The position numbers and the translations under genes are program-made. A stretch of DNA of 32,000 bases from Candidatus Helarchaeota ASGARD archaeon Hel_GB_B (lineage in GTDB: Archaea > Asgardarchaeota > Lokiarchaeia > Helarchaeales > HEL-GB-B). Where the stretch lies: positions 1-32,000 of the forward strand of contig SUPR01000022.1 of NCBI GenBank assembly GCA_005191425.1. Direction: 5' to 3'. Of this stretch, positions 27,614-32,000 are shown in pieces (positions within the stretch are counted from its first letter, which is position 1; every line of letters begins with the position of its first letter). Under the pieces are notes generated by a model. It did no database searches. It saw nothing but the letters and a program-made list of their open reading frames with translations, and was not told the origin of the DNA.

Positions 27614-29569
27614 TTAGATCACTTCATCAAATCGTTTCTTAACAAATGAAATTCTGAATGTATTGATTATAACTAATAAAGTAATTCCAAGGTCTCCTAT
27701 CCCAACAGCCATCCATAGAGTCATCAGTCCTAGAAATGTTAGAATTATAAATAGAAATTTTAAAACAATTGTGGAATAGATATTTTCTTTCATAATCTTA
27801 TTTGTCTTTTTGCTTATGTCAAGTAAAGTTATAATTTTTCCGATGTTGTCATTCATTAAAATAACATCAGCAGTTTCTAGCGAAATATCACTTCCAATTC
27901 CACCCATTGCGATCCCAATATCTGCAGAGGCTAGAGCAGGGGCATCATTGATACCATCACCGACCATTGCAACTGTTTTATTTTTATTAATAAGGTTTTT
28001 AATAGTCTCTTGTTTTTCATCAGGTTTTAGCTCATAAAAAACTTGGTCTATTCCAAGTTCTTTTTGCAATGCTCTGACAGTATTTTTATTATCTCCTGAA
28101 ATCATGATTGTTTTAATATTTCTAGCTTTTAGTTCATGGATTACTTGCTGGGAATAATCACGTATTGTATCCCGGAGTGAAATTAAACCAATGATTTGAC
28201 GACTATTTCCAAACAAGACTACAGTTTTTCCCTCATTTTGATATCGATTTAATAATTTTTCTGGAACGGATATTTTTAGTTCATCAAAGAGAGATTTATT
28301 TCCAACATAAAATCTATTTCCATTAACTGAACCTGAAATACCTTTTCCGATAATAGATTTAAAAGATTCGATGGGTATTTCAGGTGATATCCCTCTTTTT
28401 TCTGCACCAGATACAATTGCTCTTGAAATAGGGTGTTCAGAGAGGTTTTCTAAAGAGGCAGCAATTTTAAACCATTGATCAAAGTCATTATTGAGTGAAA
28501 TAATATCTTTAACTTCAAGAGAACCTTTAGTCAGAGTGCCAGTTTTATCAAATGCTATTATCTGTAATTTATTGAGGTCTTCGATAAATTTCCCACCTTT
28601 AATAAGTATTCCGTTTTTTGCGCCACTAGTCAAAGCAGAAATCATTGAAATTGGCATAGATAATGCAAGTGCACATGGACATGAGATCACTAAAATGATA
28701 AGTCCTTTATAAACCCATTCATTAATTGGTAATTGAAAAATTAAAGGTGGAATTAGCATCATAAAAATTGCAAGAAAAATCATTATAGGTGTATAATATT
28801 TAGAGAATTTATCTATAAACCGCTGAGTTTTACTCTGCTTATTTCGAGCATTATCAATTATCTCTTTTATTTTGGCAAGGAGTGTTTGGTCTGAACTTTT
28901 AGTAACTTGGACTTCTAAATATCCCTCAAAATTAATAGTACCTGCAAATACAGTGTCCCCAATTTGCTTAAAAACAGGAATTGATTCACCGGTAAGAGAA
29001 GATTCATTAATTGTAGAAGCCCCTTTTATAATTATTCCGTCCAGAGGGATGCTGTTTCCAGGTTTTATTTGGATAATATCGCCTACTTTAACGCTGTGAG
29101 TATGCATCTCTTTAAATGACCCACTAATTTTTACCACAGCAATATCAGGCGCAATTTTCATCAATGAAGTAATTGAATTTTTTGACCGGTCTGTAGCATA
29201 ATTTTCAAGGAATTCTGCAATAAAAAATAGGAACATTACACTCGCACCTTCGCCTCCATGACCAATTAAAAAAGACCCAATTGCAGCAATTGTCATTAAG
29301 ATGTTAATAGTGATTTTGTGGTCAATTAAATTTGAAATACCTTCTTTTACTATATTATAACCACTTACTATAACTGCAACAGCAGCAAAAATCTGGCTAA
29401 ATATGAATAAATTTAAAAAATTACCAAAAAGAATTGATAAAAATAAGAAAATGCTCGAAATTATTATAATAAATATGCTTTTTTTTCTAGTATAATGCTC
29501 GATTTTTTTATCCAGAGCAATATTTTTTTCGCAGATTTCACAATATTTAATTTCCAATATTTGCACCAA
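27614..29569 (-). CDS. Heavy-metal P1B-type ATPase, P1B-2 (Zn/Cd/Pb-like) signature; start probably TTG 29557
   Basis: TGES, SCPCAL, DKTGTLT, SEHP, SGD, GDGINDAP. Conserved Lys (IVLKF) and Asp (GDLG) in the last two TMs. Only a short N-terminal CEIC motif, no HMA domain. Confidence 0.93.
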   Translation of the reverse strand: MVQILEIKYCEICEKNIALDKKIEHYTRKKSIFIIIISSIFLFLSILFGNFLNLFIFSQIFAAVAVIVSGYNIVKEGISNLIDHKITINILMTIAAIGSFLIGHGGEGASVMFLFFIAEFLENYATDRSKNSITSLMKIAPDIAVVKISGSFKEMHTHSVKVGDIIQIKPGNSIPLDGIIIKGASTINESSLTGESIPVFKQIGDTVFAGTINFEGYLEVQVTKSSDQTLLAKIKEIIDNARNKQSKTQRFIDKFSKYYTPIMIFLAIFMMLIPPLIFQLPINEWVYKGLIILVISCPCALALSMPISMISALTSGAKNGILIKGGKFIEDLNKLQIIAFDKTGTLTKGSLEVKDIISLNNDFDQWFKIAASLENLSEHPISRAIVSGAEKRGISPEIPIESFKSIIGKGISGSVNGNRFYVGNKSLFDELKISVPEKLLNRYQNEGKTVVLFGNSRQIIGLISLRDTIRDYSQQVIHELKARNIKTIMISGDNKNTVRALQKELGIDQVFYELKPDEKQETIKNLINKNKTVAMVGDGINDAPALASADIGIAMGGIGSDISLETADVILMNDNIGKIITLLDISKKTNKIMKENIYSTIVLKFLFIILTFLGLMTLWMAVGIGDLGITLLVIINTFRISFVKKRFDEVI

Positions 29570-29600
29570 TTTAATAAAAAAATCAATTGTTTATTAAATT
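29568..29600. promoter_or_regulatory. Candidate NikR operator (perfect 11-bp inverted repeat, 11-bp spacer)
   Basis: AATTTAATAAA (29568-29578) and TTTATTAAATT (29590-29600). Contains TAATA-N15-TATTA. Lies between the divergent ATPase and nikR. AT-rich, so chance is not excluded. Confidence 0.4.
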
Positions 29601-29708
29601 AATGCTAAGAAAATAACAAATATTAATATTATATTATTAAGAATATATTATTTAATTAATAATAAAAATTTGTAAAATTAATTTTAAACCATAATTAGAG
29701 GAACAAAA

Positions 29709-30113
29709 ATGCCAATTGTAAGTGTATCGCTCACTAGTACGATATTAAATGATTTAGAAAAGTTAATTAAAAAAAGAGGTTATTATAGCAGGTCTGAAGC
29801 TATAAGAGATGCCATTAGAGCTATGCTACTCGACTATGACTTGTCTTTAAAAAATGAGGATATGGTCTTTGCTATGATCATTGTAGTAAATGATTTTGTC
29901 CGAGAGGATGTCGAAATTAGGTTGTCCAAATTAAGACACGAATTTAACAATTTAATTATTGAAGATATTCATCGACATATAAAAGAGCAGTATTGCATCG
30001 AAATTTTTCTAGCCGAAGGAAGAAATTCAGAAGTCAGTGATCTGATAGGTAGGATTAGAGGAATAAAAGGAGTGAACCAAGTAAAATATTTAGTTTTACC
30101 ATTTTTCTTATAA
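29709..30113 (+). CDS. nikR: NikR-family ribbon-helix-helix metal-responsive regulator
   Basis: RHH N-terminus VSVSL...RGYYSRSEAIRDAIR. ACT domain retains the His (RHEF), HxH (IHRH) and Cys (YCIE) Ni ligands. SD GAGG upstream. Confidence 0.85.
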   Translation: MPIVSVSLTSTILNDLEKLIKKRGYYSRSEAIRDAIRAMLLDYDLSLKNEDMVFAMIIVVNDFVREDVEIRLSKLRHEFNNLIIEDIHRHIKEQYCIEIFLAEGRNSEVSDLIGRIRGIKGVNQVKYLVLPFFL

Positions 30114-30202
30114 AATAAAGTATTATTTTTGAGAAAAGTTAAATTTAAAATAAAAATATTATCCAAAAAAATATTTTAAAAAAAAAGATAAGTTGTGATT
30201 AA

Positions 30203-31762
30203 TTAAATATCTTCATGAGTATATTCCATTGGTATATTTAATTTGGGTAATTGACTTGATATCATTTGATAATGTTTGTGAAATAGCAAAATTCTCCGAA
30301 TATTTTCAACATTCATTAGTACTGCAATTATAATTAATACTATAAAGGGAACATACAATAGAGCACCTATCAGGATTATAATCATCCGGACATCCCTGCC
30401 TAACCTGAAATAAGAGGAATTAGGAGTGGTCAGTTTTTTCATTAAGCCATCATATTTATCAGCGGTATAGCTGTTCATAAAAGACCCAATAATAGCAAGA
30501 AACCCAATTAATAACATAACAAAATTCGGGGATAAATTGAACACAAAGATTGTTAGTCCAAAAAGTAATAGAGCATCAGCGTACCGGTCGAGAACAGCAT
30601 CAAACCAACCGCCAAATTCAGAGGTCTGCATTTTTAATCGGGCTATTTCGCCATCACAACCATCAATTATAGAAGCAAATTGAGCAAATACTGCGCCAAT
30701 GATTAAGTTGGGATAACCACCTAAAAAGAAGAAAATGGAACCAATAGCAGCTAAGAGAAATGTAAACAAAGAAATTATATTGGGAGTTATATTTGTTTTT
30801 AAAAGTAATTTTGTAATTTTTGTAGAGATTGGTCTATTAATATAACGAGATACCGGTCCATCGGATTTCTTTTTAAGATTTGAGATTAATAGTCTTTTTG
30901 CCTTTTTGTAAGAGAGTTTGTCGTCGATGTCAATCCAATATTTATCCTTAATATCAAAAACTTTGGCATTACCTCTTTCAGCGAGAATTTTAATTCCGCC
31001 GGATAATGAGTCATCACCATTTTCTATAGATTCTTCAAGAGCATCAAAGATGATTGGAGAACAAAGAAAGATCCCAGTATCAAAAGCATTAAAATTGTCA
31101 ATATTTTTGCCAATATCCAGAATTAAATCATCATATACTAATACTTTAGTAACATCATCAATGTCTATGTTTCTATTGGAATCGATATTATAGTCAACAA
31201 CGAGTTTAATTTCTTCGTCTTCAATATCTTCCTTCAATAAATCTACCAAGATAGATGGGTCGAAAATGTGGTCAGACATTAATAATACAAAATTTTCGTT
31301 GAGGTATTTTTTTGATTTAAGCACAGATATGCCGTTTCCTTTTTTCCATTCAAAATTATACAAGTAATTTATTTTAATATCCTTTTTTATGCTCAATTTG
31401 TCCAGAAATTCGCGTACTTTATGGTCGTTATAGCCAATAACAATATAAAAGTCAGTTAGGCCTGCTTCTTTAGCGCTCAATATGACCCGTTCAATCAATT
31501 TTAGTCCTAAGATAGACAATAAAGGTTTTGACTCGCAGACATCAGATAGTCTACTTCCCCTGCCAGCAGCAATTATTAAGCATTTGGTTATCGGGAATTT
31601 TTCTTTATAGAGAATAAGTTTTTGTGTACTTTCACTAATACTATAAGTATTGTCTTTTGTATAAACATCTCTTATAGTAAATAAATTGTCGGACTCGAAT
31701 TCATTTGGTTCATCTTTAAATTGTGGAGTATTTTGAAAATCTGACGGAATAATCGAAATCAC
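30203..31762 (-). CDS. Bifunctional nucleotidyltransferase / CDP-alcohol phosphotransferase (IPCT/DIPPS-like); start uncertain
   Basis: KCLIIAAGRGSRL...KPL, NG.S, MSDH, FDTGIF and WIDID, followed by DGPVSRYINRPIS, TPN and DGCDGEIAR-x7-GGWFDAVLDRYAD. Confidence 0.88.
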   Translation of the reverse strand: MISIIPSDFQNTPQFKDEPNEFESDNLFTIRDVYTKDNTYSISESTQKLILYKEKFPITKCLIIAAGRGSRLSDVCESKPLLSILGLKLIERVILSAKEAGLTDFYIVIGYNDHKVREFLDKLSIKKDIKINYLYNFEWKKGNGISVLKSKKYLNENFVLLMSDHIFDPSILVDLLKEDIEDEEIKLVVDYNIDSNRNIDIDDVTKVLVYDDLILDIGKNIDNFNAFDTGIFLCSPIIFDALEESIENGDDSLSGGIKILAERGNAKVFDIKDKYWIDIDDKLSYKKAKRLLISNLKKKSDGPVSRYINRPISTKITKLLLKTNITPNIISLFTFLLAAIGSIFFFLGGYPNLIIGAVFAQFASIIDGCDGEIARLKMQTSEFGGWFDAVLDRYADALLLFGLTIFVFNLSPNFVMLLIGFLAIIGSFMNSYTADKYDGLMKKLTTPNSSYFRLGRDVRMIIILIGALLYVPFIVLIIIAVLMNVENIRRILLFHKHYQMISSQLPKLNIPMEYTHEDI

Positions 31763-32000
31763 CTACTGTAATTTTATAATAATAGAGAGTCAATTGACGT
31801 AAATGTATATCAAAACTGTGGAAAGATCCCAATCTAAAGTTAATTTATGTAAAAAGAGTGGAACTGATTGATAGTCAGTTTATTTCTTTAAAATATAGTA
31901 AGGTTGGGTTCATTTCAAACAGCTTTAAATTGAAATTTAATCAATCAATTTTTCCACTCATAGACGCACATTAATAGTTTATATGAATTAATCAAATTTA

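Noticed and set aside
712-30166. Many short ORF-track frames antisense to or nested in long genes (e.g. 712-906, 1503-1910, 2319-2576, 4391-4762, 10371-10655, 15499-15978, 19133-19432, 28872-29099, 29969-30166)
   Set aside because: Shadow frames of well-supported CDS, with no motifs or ribosome-binding sites.
1-32000. CRISPR arrays, tRNA/rRNA genes, transposases/integrases, Sec/Pyl read-through
   Set aside because: By eye: no regularly spaced repeats, no extended GC-rich RNA gene, no recombinase motifs, and no redox gene with a conserved frame continuing past UGA/UAG. tRNAscan/Infernal were not run.

Overview
This is an AT-rich archaeal chromosomal segment. It is inferred to come from an Asgard archaeon (Loki/Hel-like), based on GGTGA/GAGGTG Shine-Dalgarno sites, TTTATATA boxes, a Hef helicase, archaeal-type ThyA, tungsten AORs, an archaeosortase and a longin-like/wHTH protein. 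About 25 real CDS are present: the end of ilvD, an alpha-glucan phosphorylase, two aldehyde:ferredoxin oxidoreductases (one with two 4x[4Fe-4S] partners), an M28 peptidase, a PIN protein, DsrE-like, Isf flavoprotein, an esterase, QueT, a nuclease-less Hef, a small PIP-box protein, glyoxylate reductase, an archaeosortase, ThyA, an SDH-type Clp protease, a SAM methyltransferase, a P1B-2 ATPase, NikR and a bifunctional IPCT/DIPPS. No tRNA, rRNA, CRISPR or IS element was recognised by eye. The strongest unexplained signal is a GC-rich, multi-stem, pseudoknot-capable 5' leader of queT whose apical loop is complementary to the gene's own SD, a candidate archaeal preQ0/preQ1-type translational riboswitch. 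Next are an archaeosortase directly downstream of a zinc-finger polytopic membrane protein ending in a PGF-CTERM-like motif, an NPRL2-like (longin + 2x wHTH) architecture, an orphan PIP-box protein beside Hef, and a NikR divergent from a metal-efflux-type ATPase with a palindromic candidate operator. All calls come from motif recognition; no database search was run.
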